NCBI GenBank assembly: GCA_963664705.1
Contig: OY761556.1
Coordinates: 6,752,001 to 6,816,000 of the forward strand
DNA length: 64,000 bases
Direction of reading: 5' to 3'
Source of the DNA: Acidobacteriota bacterium
Lineage (GTDB): Bacteria > Acidobacteriota > UBA6911
The stretch's first letter is position 1. The number at the start of each line of letters is the position of its first letter. A program made the position numbers and the translations under genes. The notes beneath the pieces were generated by a model. It was not told where the DNA came from, did no database searches, and worked only from the letters and a program-made list of their open reading frames with translations. Shown in pieces: positions 37,119-47,862 of the stretch.

Positions 37119-38390
37119 ATGAGGTTTCTGTTGAGTCAAGTATTTGTCGAAGCTCTTTTCGTGCTCAGCGTGATTCTGATCTGGTTCATGCTCGTCTACC
37201 AGTTCGTTCTCTTTGTCCTCGGCTTTCTGTATAGCCTGCGTGCCCGGCGCGACAAAGTGAGACTCTCGGTCGATGCCGGCGGCCTTCCCACGGTTTCGAT
37301 CCTGATTCCTGCCCACAATGAAGAGATGGTGCTCGACAATACTTTAAAGGCGATGACGTCCCTGAATTACCCGGCAGACCGCTTCGAAGTCATCGTGGTG
37401 AATGATGCCAGCAGCGATAAAACCGCCGAAATTGCCGATAGATGGGCTTCGGCTTATGCAAATGTGCGGGCCGTGCATTTGACCCAGGCTCAGCGTGTTG
37501 GCGGGAAAGCTGCGGCTTTGAATCGCGGCGTGACATACGCAAAATTCGAGAACATCGCCATCTATGATGCCGACAACACGCCGGAACCGGATGCCTTGAG
37601 GTATCTGGCGCTGCAGCTGAAAGCCCATCCTGACCTCGGCGCCGTCATCGGGACCTTTCGAACGGTAAACAGAAAAAGAAATCTGCTGACCAGGATGATC
37701 AACATTGAGGGACTTAGCTTTCAGTGGATTGTTCAGGCGGGCCGGTGGATGCTGATGCGGGTCTGTTCGTTGCCCGGAACAAACCTTGTAATCCGTCGCG
37801 TGCTGCTTGAATCGCTGGGCGGCTGGGATGAAAGCGCTTTAACGGAAGATGCAGAGCTGTCCATTCAGATTTATCAGGCAGGATACCAGATCAAATATGT
37901 TCCATACGCCGTCACCTGGGAGCAGGAACCGGAGCGGCTATCGACCTGGTTCCGACAGAGGGTGCGCTGGGTGCGCGGCAACAATTATGTTGTTGTGAAG
38001 CATGCCCGTGAATTGCTGAGGATGCGCCCGCGGAGACTAGGTGTCGAGTTGATGTATACCATGGCGCTCTACTATGTATTTTTCGCGGCCATCGTGCTTT
38101 CGGATATCTTCTTCATTCTGGGTTTGCTTGGGGTTTTTCGCATCGTTCTGCCTGGTCCCTATGACGAGGTCTGGATTTTAGCCTACCTTCTTTTTATCGG
38201 AGAAATCGTTCTGGCGCTCTCGAGAGAAAAAGGGGAGGATTCATTCCTCAATATCATTCTCGCCGCGCTTTCATATTTTACCTATTGTCAGCTTTGGATC
38301 CCGGTTGTGATCAAAGGCTTTTATGATGACTTTGTTCTCAGAAAGGCCCGGGTCTGGGCAAAAACCGAGAGATTCCAGGTCAACTCCTGA
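37119..38390 (+). CDS. Processive GT2 glycosyltransferase (YdaM/PgaC-like)
   Basis: IPAHNEE, NDASSD, GKAAALN, YDAD, LTED, QRVRW, several TM helices. Confidence 0.93.
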   Translation: MRFLLSQVFVEALFVLSVILIWFMLVYQFVLFVLGFLYSLRARRDKVRLSVDAGGLPTVSILIPAHNEEMVLDNTLKAMTSLNYPADRFEVIVVNDASSDKTAEIADRWASAYANVRAVHLTQAQRVGGKAAALNRGVTYAKFENIAIYDADNTPEPDALRYLALQLKAHPDLGAVIGTFRTVNRKRNLLTRMINIEGLSFQWIVQAGRWMLMRVCSLPGTNLVIRRVLLESLGGWDESALTEDAELSIQIYQAGYQIKYVPYAVTWEQEPERLSTWFRQRVRWVRGNNYVVVKHARELLRMRPRRLGVELMYTMALYYVFFAAIVLSDIFFILGLLGVFRIVLPGPYDEVWILAYLLFIGEIVLALSREKGEDSFLNIILAALSYFTYCQLWIPVVIKGFYDDFVLRKARVWAKTERFQVNS

Positions 38391-38403
38391 AAGGATGATG
38401 GAC

Positions 38404-39180
38404 ATGGCGGATCGTGTGAGGCTCTTGTTGCTCTCTCTCCTGCTTTTGACTGCATTCACGGTCAACGTCGCCGCACAAATTTCCTCCGAGACCTTGACCG
38501 GCGCCTCTCCATGGCCCGTTTATGTATACGATACCGAAACCCTCGAGAAAGGGAATGTGATCCTTAGCGGCGTGGGCGGAATCGGTTTTCTCGCCGATGA
38601 CAGCAAGAGCTACTCGGTCTATTCAGGCCTGGATCTTGGGATAACGAACCGCTTTTTGGTTTCTGTCGCAGTTTCGGGTTCGGGTTCCGAAAGCAGCAGT
38701 TGGAAGATCGATAGCGGCGTTTTTCACGCAAAATACAAACTAATCGATCGGGATACTTTTGCTTTCGCCCTTGCCGGAAATCTCGAACGGCTTCCTTATA
38801 TGAAAGATGCGGGATATTCGGCCTACGACGGGCAGGTCATGGCTGTTGCGCAGAAGAGTATTGGGGGCTTTGCCGCCTATGGACAGATCGGCTACTCGAG
38901 CCGAAAACAGGCGTTCGAAGGTGCAGGAGCCCGGTACGACTTCTTCGGGAAGGCCATCGTTTCAGGCAACTTCTCCTATCGGCACGACGGGCAGTTTTAT
39001 GCGGGCATGCTGCCGGAGGATATCAGCGCCGTACGGGCAACTACCTATGCAACACTTTATGTTCCGATTGGCTCCCGCGTGGGATTGACCGGATCCGTCG
39101 GAAAGACACTGATGCCGATCAATCCCGCGGACTCCTCGATCATGTTTTGCACGTTTGGGCTGGGTGTAAGACTGCATTGA
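38404..39180 (+). CDS. Exported, probable outer-membrane beta-barrel protein
   Basis: Signal peptide, alternating beta-strand pattern, C-terminal FGLGVRLH. Confidence 0.6.
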   Translation: MADRVRLLLLSLLLLTAFTVNVAAQISSETLTGASPWPVYVYDTETLEKGNVILSGVGGIGFLADDSKSYSVYSGLDLGITNRFLVSVAVSGSGSESSSWKIDSGVFHAKYKLIDRDTFAFALAGNLERLPYMKDAGYSAYDGQVMAVAQKSIGGFAAYGQIGYSSRKQAFEGAGARYDFFGKAIVSGNFSYRHDGQFYAGMLPEDISAVRATTYATLYVPIGSRVGLTGSVGKTLMPINPADSSIMFCTFGLGVRLH

Positions 39181-39242
39181 TGTGAATGCTCCCGGTTTTA
39201 TGGCTGCCCGGGGCGCATGGCTCCGGCATGCGGCGAGATTGC

Positions 39243-40403
39243 ATGATGAAACCAATAAAGGTCTTTTCAGTGGTGGGGACGCGGCCCGAAGTCATCAAGA
39301 TGGCACCGGTGATACGGGTGCTCTCCAGGGATTCCCGTTTTGAGCATCGCGTGCTCGTCACCGCACAGCACCGCCAGATGCTGGACCAGATCCTCGCCGT
39401 GTTTTCCATTGTGCCGGATTTCGACCTGGGGCTGATGCGGCCGGATCAAAGCCTAGCCGGTTTTGCGTCGAGATCACTTTTGGCGCTCTCCGATCTATTT
39501 GCCCGCGAGAAGCCGAAATGCATCCTGGTGCAAGGGGACACCACTACTGTGATGACCGCAGCCCTCGCCGCTTTCTATAACGGTATTAAGGTGGGGCATG
39601 TGGAAGCCGGGTTGCGGTCGTTCGACCGGCTGAATCCCTTCCCGGAGGAAATTAATCGGAGAATTGCCGGCTGCATTGCGGATATTCACTTTGCTCCGAC
39701 AGAAGGCGCGCGCCAAAATCTTTTGAGGGAAGGGGTCCGGTCTGAGGACATCTTTGTCGCCGGAAATACCATTGTGGATGCTCTCCTGTCGGTTTCCCTC
39801 GAGAACTCCTTTGATACGGCTGCACTGTCCGGCATCGATTTCAGGTCCAACCGGGTTCTCCTGCTGACGGTCCACCGGCGCGAAAATCATGGAGATCGCC
39901 TGAAATCAATCTGCCGGGCAATAAAAAGCATCATCGCGAAATTCGACGACATCGTTATTGTCTATCCGGTTCATTTGAGTCCACACGTGCAAGGGCCCGT
40001 GCGTGAGGAGCTCGGGAAGGTCCCGCGGGTTTTGTTGGTCGACCCCCTTCCCTACGGAGACCTGCTCAGACTCCTGAAATGGTGTTATTTGGTTTTGACA
40101 GATTCCGGCGGCGTTCTGGAAGAGGCTCCATCCTTTCATAAACCCGCGCTGGTATTGCGCGAAGTCACCGAGCGGCCGGAGATTGTGGAGGCAGGGGGGG
40201 CGAAGGTGATTGGTTCGGAAGCGGGACGAATCCTGAGTGAAGTGTCTCTTCTGCTGAATGATCGCGCTGAATATGAACGAATGAGCCGTGTGCCAAATCC
40301 GTTCGGAGATGGGCATGCGGCGGAGCGGATTGTTGAAGCGGTCGCACAACGATTTCGGGCTGATGATCAGGCTGCGGGATCGGGCGGGCTATTACCTGAA
40401 TAA
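39243..40403 (+). CDS. wecB: UDP-N-acetylglucosamine 2-epimerase (non-hydrolysing)
   Basis: GTRPEVIKMAP, QGDTTT, HVEAGLRS, PFPEEINR, TDSGG, NPFGDGHA. Confidence 0.95.
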   Translation: MMKPIKVFSVVGTRPEVIKMAPVIRVLSRDSRFEHRVLVTAQHRQMLDQILAVFSIVPDFDLGLMRPDQSLAGFASRSLLALSDLFAREKPKCILVQGDTTTVMTAALAAFYNGIKVGHVEAGLRSFDRLNPFPEEINRRIAGCIADIHFAPTEGARQNLLREGVRSEDIFVAGNTIVDALLSVSLENSFDTAALSGIDFRSNRVLLLTVHRRENHGDRLKSICRAIKSIIAKFDDIVIVYPVHLSPHVQGPVREELGKVPRVLLVDPLPYGDLLRLLKWCYLVLTDSGGVLEEAPSFHKPALVLREVTERPEIVEAGGAKVIGSEAGRILSEVSLLLNDRAEYERMSRVPNPFGDGHAAERIVEAVAQRFRADDQAAGSGGLLPE

Positions 40404-40528
40404 TTTTGGAACCCCCAGCCGGAGGGGGCGTAATAGATAGTGCGTCACGACTGATTATTCCTCCTGAATGGAATTCCCGTTATGGGGGCAGAAATAGCGA
40501 TTCTGCCCCCACTTTCTGCCCCTGATAA

Positions 40529-41813
<1,285 letters not shown>

Positions 41814-41885
41814 CTACTGATTTACACAGTCGAGCAATACAATACCCGAAAAATGATCCAAGCTCTCCCATTTTTTGAGAAGCAT

Positions 41886-41927
41886 AATTTCGGATTCCAG
41901 ATTCCGGATTCCAGATTTCGGATTCCA
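41886..41927. repeat. Heptamer tandem repeat (GATTCCR x6)
   Basis: AATTTCG GATTCCA GATTCCG GATTCCA GATTTCG GATTCCA. Reverse complement of the 22914 family. Confidence 0.8.
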
Positions 41928-42006
41928 GATCCATACGATGGCTATTTCCGTTTCCAGTGTATACTGCGGTCCAACGCCATTATTTATATCCGGAGGTCTG
42001 TTGTCT

Positions 42007-43350
42007 ATGAAGCGTGCTTCGACCCTGGTTTCTCCAATACCTGAGGTTCAGGCTCCACCCTATCCCTCTGCCAGTTACGCATGGTACGTCGTCATCGTTC
42101 TTTATCTGGTCTATACATTCTCTTTTGTGGACCGGTCCATCACGATGTATCTCGTCGGGCCTATTCGCAGGGAATTCGCCATCAATGATTTTCAATTCAG
42201 CTTGATGCAGGGGATGGCATTTTCGCTCTTTTTTACGGTTATGGGGATCCCGGTCGGGCGTCTTGCTGACAGCAAAAGCCGCCGGATCCTGATTTTGGTG
42301 GGCGTTGCGGTGTGGAGCACCATGACAATTCTCTGCGGCAAGGCGGGCAATTATTGGGAGCTGTTTTTTGCTCGAATGGGGGTCGGGGTTGGGGAGGCGT
42401 GCCTGGCTCCTTGTGCTTACTCCATGATCTCCGATTATTTTCCCAGGGAAAAGCGAAGCCTCCCGATGAACATGTATTCTGCCAGTATTATGCTTGGTTC
42501 CGGGCTGGCCAATGTATTTGGCGGACTGGTTTCACAGTTTGCCTTGAACGGCGGATCCAGAACGATTTTCCTGATGGGCGAATTGAAACCCTGGCAGCTG
42601 TCCTTTGTGCTGGTCGGGCTGCCGGGGGCGTTGATGCTTTTGCTGATCGCGACCATCAAGGAGCCCTACAGACGCGAAAAACGCGGCGAAGCCAATGTGA
42701 CGGCCACGATTGCCCATCTGCGGATGCATTGGAAGACCTATGCATCGCTGATTGGCGGGACCACATTCGGCGCCATGACGAATGGGGCAATTTTGGGCTG
42801 GGTGCCCGCCTGGTTTGAGCGCAGGTTTGGGTGGCACCAGGCACAGGTAGGACCATATCTGGGTTTGGTCGTCTTTGTATTTGGAACGGCCGGCCTGAGT
42901 TTAGCCGGATATTTGTCCGGTAGATTGATCCGTTCGGGAAAGAAGGCTGTCTACATCAAACTGATGATCGCTTCCGAGTGCCTCGTCCTGATTCCTCTGA
43001 TTCTGGCTCACCTGGTCGATGAGCCCTATTGGGTCCTCTGCTGTATCGGCGCAATCATTTTCTTTACCGGTTTTCCCTCCGGCCTCGGACCTGCAACGCT
43101 GCAGTGGATCACGCCCAATGAGATGCGCGGCCAGATTACCGCTGCGTATCTGTTCGTGCTGAGTCTGATTTCCGGAACCGCTACTCCGGCCGCCGTGGGC
43201 TACCTTACATCCTATTACTTTATGGATGATAAGGCGGTTCGATCGTCCGCGGTCCTTGTTGGATCCGTTGCCGCCGTGCTTGGCGTAGTCTCTCTGCTCA
43301 TTGGTTTGCGTTCCTATGAGCGCAGCGCGGAGGCAGCCGGCAAAGCCTGA
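42007..43350 (+). CDS. MFS transporter (spinster-like)
   Basis: FSFVDR, GRLADSKSRR, ARMGVGVGEA, SMISDYFPREKR, about 12 TM helices. Confidence 0.92.
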   Translation: MKRASTLVSPIPEVQAPPYPSASYAWYVVIVLYLVYTFSFVDRSITMYLVGPIRREFAINDFQFSLMQGMAFSLFFTVMGIPVGRLADSKSRRILILVGVAVWSTMTILCGKAGNYWELFFARMGVGVGEACLAPCAYSMISDYFPREKRSLPMNMYSASIMLGSGLANVFGGLVSQFALNGGSRTIFLMGELKPWQLSFVLVGLPGALMLLLIATIKEPYRREKRGEANVTATIAHLRMHWKTYASLIGGTTFGAMTNGAILGWVPAWFERRFGWHQAQVGPYLGLVVFVFGTAGLSLAGYLSGRLIRSGKKAVYIKLMIASECLVLIPLILAHLVDEPYWVLCCIGAIIFFTGFPSGLGPATLQWITPNEMRGQITAAYLFVLSLISGTATPAAVGYLTSYYFMDDKAVRSSAVLVGSVAAVLGVVSLLIGLRSYERSAEAAGKA

Positions 43351-43450
43351 TCTGCGTCGAAGTCTCTGGGATAAAAAGGGATTATTTATTCAACTTCGGG
43401 GCCATCCGATCCTTTTGCTGCTATTATTCCCACTGGATCGGGGAGGTGAC

Positions 43451-45364
43451 GTGAGCTTCGTATATCGTGGTGTCTTCTTTTTGCTTTTTATCCTGTCGGG
43501 GGGTGCTGTCCGGGCTCAGAACCATACTCCTCTTGATCCCGAACTGCTGGCGGAGACACTTGCAGAGGATGACAGGAATACAGATTACGACCGGCGCGAG
43601 GAAATGATTCCGATGCGCGACGGCGTACATCTCTTCACGATCATCCTGATCCCACGAACAAATGACCCGATGCCGATCATGCTGACTCGGACGCCCTATG
43701 GAGCATCGAAACGCACGCCTCCCGAGAAGGGACCGCGATTGAAGGATGCGCTGCCGGTGGGAGACGATATGTTTGCGGAAGCCAACTACATCCGCGTTTT
43801 TCAGGATGTTCGAGGCAAGTACCGATCGGAAGGCCACTATCAGATGACCATGCCTTTGCAAGGTCCGCTGAACACATCCGGTGTCGATCACTCTACCGAT
43901 ACCTATGATACGATCGACTGGCTCGTCAAAAATGTACCCAAAAATAATGGCCGTGTTGGAATGATGGGTACCTCCTACGATGGTTTCCTGGTATTGATGG
44001 GACTCGTCAATCCGCACCCGGCGCTCAAAGCGGCCGTGCCCATCAATCCCATGGTCGATACCTGGATGGGGGACGACTGGTTTCACCATGGCGCCTTCCG
44101 GCAGATGATGATGGAGTTTATCTACAACCAGGACTTGCCGCACGATCCCGTTGCCATGGGCGAACGCGATGACGACTATGATTTCTATCTGAAGAGCGGA
44201 TCGGCAGGAGAAATCGGCCGGCGCAGGGGATTGGATCGTGTGAGTTTCTGGAATAGCCTGCTGGCGCATCCTGCGTACGATTCATTCTGGCAGCTTCAGG
44301 CGCTCGACCGGATTCTGGCGCGCCAACCTCTCAAAGTGCCGACTCTGTACATCCATGGATTGTGGGACCAGGAAGATATCTATGGAGCCGTTGCAGCCTA
44401 CGAAGCGACAGAACCCAAAGATCGCGCGAATGACATGAACTTTCTTGCCATTGGACCGTGGGCTCACGGAGGGTCCAACCTGGATGGAAGCTTTTTGGGC
44501 GCGTTCAGATTTGACGGGGATACCGCCCTGTACTTTCGTCGGCAGCACCTGTTGCCGTTTTTAAATGAACACCTTCGGGAGGGGGCGCCCAGGGCGAACA
44601 CGCCTCCGGTATTGGCCTATGAAACTGGGACCAATAGCTGGCACCGCTATGATGCATGGCCGCGCAGTTGCGAGTCGTCGTGCCCCAATCCAATGAAAAA
44701 GCTCTTCCTCAAGCCGGGGCTGAAACTCGGATATGACGCTTCCGCCCAGGGGGCTGCGTATGCGGAATATACTTCTGATCCGGCGCACCCGGTTTTGTAC
44801 AGTCCGCGTCCTATCAAGCCTGTGTATTCCGAAGGGTCCACCTGGGGCGGGTGGCTGGTTCAGGATCAACGGAACGTGTCCGATCGACGGGACGTCCTGA
44901 CCTATCAATCGGAGGTCCTGACCGAACCGGTTGCTGTGAGCGGTCAGCCGATTGCCAATCTGTTTGCCTCCACCAGTGGGACCGACTCCGATTTTGTGGT
45001 AAAGCTGATCGATGTGTATCCGGATAAGGATCCAGACCAGGAGTTGCGCGGATATGAGTTGATGGTATCGGCGGATATTTTTCGTGGCCGATATCGCAAT
45101 GACCCGGCCGTTCCTGCGCCGATTACTGCCGGGAAGGTGGAAAGCTATCGATGGAATCTTCCGGCTGTTTCCCACACCTTCCTTCCGGGCCATCGGATGA
45201 TGGTCCAGATCCAGTCAACCTGGTTTCCCCTGTATGATCGCAATCCACAGACCTTTGTGGATAATATTTTCTGGGCCAAGCCGGAAGACTATAAAAAGGC
45301 CACGCAGCGCATCTATCAGACCGGCGACCAGGCCAGTTTCATTGAGATGCCGGTAGTCAAATAG
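43451..45364 (+). CDS. CocE/NonD family hydrolase (alpha-amino acid ester hydrolase-like)
   Basis: IPMRDGV, RTPYG, QDVRGKY.SEG, GTSYDG nucleophile motif, GPWAHG. RBS GGAGG before GTG 43451. Confidence 0.93.
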   Translation: MSFVYRGVFFLLFILSGGAVRAQNHTPLDPELLAETLAEDDRNTDYDRREEMIPMRDGVHLFTIILIPRTNDPMPIMLTRTPYGASKRTPPEKGPRLKDALPVGDDMFAEANYIRVFQDVRGKYRSEGHYQMTMPLQGPLNTSGVDHSTDTYDTIDWLVKNVPKNNGRVGMMGTSYDGFLVLMGLVNPHPALKAAVPINPMVDTWMGDDWFHHGAFRQMMMEFIYNQDLPHDPVAMGERDDDYDFYLKSGSAGEIGRRRGLDRVSFWNSLLAHPAYDSFWQLQALDRILARQPLKVPTLYIHGLWDQEDIYGAVAAYEATEPKDRANDMNFLAIGPWAHGGSNLDGSFLGAFRFDGDTALYFRRQHLLPFLNEHLREGAPRANTPPVLAYETGTNSWHRYDAWPRSCESSCPNPMKKLFLKPGLKLGYDASAQGAAYAEYTSDPAHPVLYSPRPIKPVYSEGSTWGGWLVQDQRNVSDRRDVLTYQSEVLTEPVAVSGQPIANLFASTSGTDSDFVVKLIDVYPDKDPDQELRGYELMVSADIFRGRYRNDPAVPAPITAGKVESYRWNLPAVSHTFLPGHRMMVQIQSTWFPLYDRNPQTFVDNIFWAKPEDYKKATQRIYQTGDQASFIEMPVVK

Positions 45365-45389
45365 AACCTGATTTGACCGGGCGAGCCAT

Positions 45390-45485
45390 TCTCTCGCCCC
45401 TGCCGAGGCTCCATCTTTCCTGATCTTATTCCAGGAGTTCGCTGCGCTCTTCCCTGGCTATTTTCTGGCGCGCCTTAGGCGCTTT
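45390..45485. repeat. Degenerate copy of the composite REP-like element
   Basis: TCGCCCCTGCCGAGGCT..CCAGGAGTTCGCTGCGCTCTTCCCTGGCTA. Lies between convergent genes. Confidence 0.6.
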
Positions 45486-45518
45486 GCTGGCTGCTGAGGA
45501 TTCCGGACTCCAGATAGG

Positions 45519-46700
45519 CTAATTGGGGATCAGGACCGCTTCCTTCGCTTCCACCTTCAGGGGCACGTTGCCTGAGAGGGACTGAACTTTTTGCATCAGT
45601 TTGGCCCCTTCTCCGGATCCGGGATCCAGCAACTGAACGTCATTTTGATTGTCGCGCGTGAGCGGTACCAGGGATACACGAACGACTTTTTTCCTGTCCA
45701 CAACCACATGAGCGGCCAGGCCCTCTTTATTGGGGGTCATCCTTATCCAATCCATGGCAAAGTTGCCCAGGCAGTACATAACGGGCTTGCCCTTATAGAC
45801 CTCAATGCCCTGCAAGACATGCGACCCATGTCCGTACACAATGTCCGCCCCGGCATCGATGGCCTCATGCGCCAGGGTCTTCTGGTAGGCTTCGGTCTGC
45901 GAAAACTGAGGGCCCAGCGGAATAGGCGAGTACAGTGACGCGGCATCCGTGCTTCCTTCTTTGGCGGCGGTCTTCGGTCTTGTTTCCGCGGCAATTTCCG
46001 GAGGAAGTGCGCGGCCCATGCCGTCGCGGTTGTGATTGGAGACAACCAGGATATCGACCAGCGGTCGAAGCCGGCGAATATCCTCCCGCATCCGGTCCAA
46101 ATCCGATTTGTCGATGGTCGTTCCGTCCAGGGACAGCACGCGGGCAATGCCAGGCCGTGTTGCCGTAGCGATCTGCTGATCCTGGGCATACCATTTCGCG
46201 CTGTACTGGAGGAATCCGACTTTGACTCCCCTGGCTTCGAGAATAGCGGGTTTGTGCGCCTGATCAAGGTTTGCGCCGGCACCTGTATGGGCAATGCCGT
46301 TGGCATCGAGCAGCGCGATGTTCTTCATGATCGCTTCCGGCCCATAGGCAACATTGTTGGCGAGGCCGACTCCTCGGATGTTGCCGCTTTTCAACGCCTG
46401 TACCGCCTCGGGACCGATATGGATCCAACCGGTTTTGTCCGGGATATCTTTGTCCGGCCCTTCCGATTTCACCATCAATCCTTCCAGGTTTCCATATACG
46501 AGATCCGCGTCCCGGAGAGTTGCCTGAACATAGCGGAACGCTTCGGAGGGATTGGCTCGCTTCTCAATATTGATGTCACCCAACAGAAGCATGGTAACGG
46601 GGTTTTTCAAACCGGTGGTCTTCCAGGGCCAGGATTTATCTTCGGCGTAAAGCCCGCACAGAATGCATGATAGCAATAGTACCAGCGCTAATCTTTTCAT
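45519..46700 (-). CDS. CapA-family metallophosphatase-fold protein
   Basis: LLGDI, GNLEG, LANN, GADIVYGHGSHVLQGIE, YCLGNF. Signal peptide. Confidence 0.88.
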   Translation of the reverse strand: MKRLALVLLLSCILCGLYAEDKSWPWKTTGLKNPVTMLLLGDINIEKRANPSEAFRYVQATLRDADLVYGNLEGLMVKSEGPDKDIPDKTGWIHIGPEAVQALKSGNIRGVGLANNVAYGPEAIMKNIALLDANGIAHTGAGANLDQAHKPAILEARGVKVGFLQYSAKWYAQDQQIATATRPGIARVLSLDGTTIDKSDLDRMREDIRRLRPLVDILVVSNHNRDGMGRALPPEIAAETRPKTAAKEGSTDAASLYSPIPLGPQFSQTEAYQKTLAHEAIDAGADIVYGHGSHVLQGIEVYKGKPVMYCLGNFAMDWIRMTPNKEGLAAHVVVDRKKVVRVSLVPLTRDNQNDVQLLDPGSGEGAKLMQKVQSLSGNVPLKVEAKEAVLIPN

Positions 46701-46951
46701 CCAGCCTCCCGTCCGCCGGAATGGCGGATATGTATGCAACCGATGCTTTGCAGGTTGGCTATACTATGAACTCCGTTTGGTTTACATGCAAGATCGCCAT
46801 TGCAGGCTTTGGCCCTTCGACCGTCTGCTTGAAACCTGCAGGCCATCCTTTACGTATTGCTTGAAGAATTTTGGATTGCGTGAAATATTCCAAGCCATGC
46901 GGACAATCCGTAGCGGCTTCCAATTCACGATTCCCAGCGGAGGGATAAACA

Positions 46952-47791
46952 ATGGAAGTATTCAATGAAGGTGGCAAGCGTATCCAGGTGAGTTCCGGGT
47001 CGATTTTTCGAGGTTTCGGATTTTTTGTGGCTTTGATCGTTATCGTTATTCTTGTCTTTTCCTCCATAGCGAAAGTGCCCTCCGGCCACGTTGGCGTGCT
47101 CACGCTTTTTGGGCGAGTGACGGGCGAGGTACTGTCCGAAGGGATTCACCTGGTCAATCCCTTCAAGTCGAATAACGAAATGACAATCCGTACCCAGGAA
47201 ATCAAAGAATCAGCCAGCGTACCTTCGAGCGAAGGTCTGGTGATGAATCTGGATACTTCCCTGATTTTCCACCTGAATTCCGAGAGAGCTGCGGAAGTCT
47301 TTCAGAAGATAGGGCCGAATTACGCCGAAGTTCTTATTGAGCCGAATCTGCGTGCGGCGATTCGCGAGGCCACGGCCGCGCACACAGCCAACGCCCTGTA
47401 TACCGGCGAACGGGAAATGGTTGCGAAACAGATTCACACTCTCTTGTCCACTCTCCTGAGCCGTCGCGGCTTTATAATTGAAAGCATTCTATTGCGGGAT
47501 ATTCAGCTTCCGTCAACGCTCAAGGCTTCGATTGAAGCCAAGCAGCAGGCGGAGCAGGAAGCGCTTGCCATGAGCTTCCGTTTGCAGAAGGAAAAGCAGG
47601 AGGCCGAACGCAAGCGCATCGAGGCGCAGGGGATTCGTGACTTCCAGCAGATTGTTGCCCAGGGAATCAGCACGCAGTTGCTGGAATGGAAAGGAATCGA
47701 GGCAACCGAGAATCTCGCGAAGAGTCCCAATGCCAAGGTCGTTGTTATCGGGAACAACAAAAACGGCCTTCCGCTGATCCTCGGTCAGTAA
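46952..47791 (+). CDS. Prohibitin/SPFH-domain protein
   Basis: N-terminal TM, GHVGV..LFG, EGIHLVNPF, IEAKQQAEQEA coiled coil. Confidence 0.92.
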   Translation: MEVFNEGGKRIQVSSGSIFRGFGFFVALIVIVILVFSSIAKVPSGHVGVLTLFGRVTGEVLSEGIHLVNPFKSNNEMTIRTQEIKESASVPSSEGLVMNLDTSLIFHLNSERAAEVFQKIGPNYAEVLIEPNLRAAIREATAAHTANALYTGEREMVAKQIHTLLSTLLSRRGFIIESILLRDIQLPSTLKASIEAKQQAEQEALAMSFRLQKEKQEAERKRIEAQGIRDFQQIVAQGISTQLLEWKGIEATENLAKSPNAKVVVIGNNKNGLPLILGQ

Positions 47792-47806
47792 TTTCAGATT
47801 TGTACA

Positions 47807-47851
47807 AACTCATGAAATTCGCGACGCTTTTTGCCGCGAATTTCATGAGTT
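47807..47851. terminator. Bidirectional hairpin between convergent genes
   Basis: AACTCATGAAATTCGCG / CGCGAATTTCATGAGTT. Confidence 0.7.
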
Positions 47852-47862
47852 AAGCAAAGCAT

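Noticed and set aside
45519-46700. CapA gene as evidence of a poly-gamma-glutamate capsule
   Set aside because: No capB or capC nearby. Stand-alone CapA-domain proteins are common.
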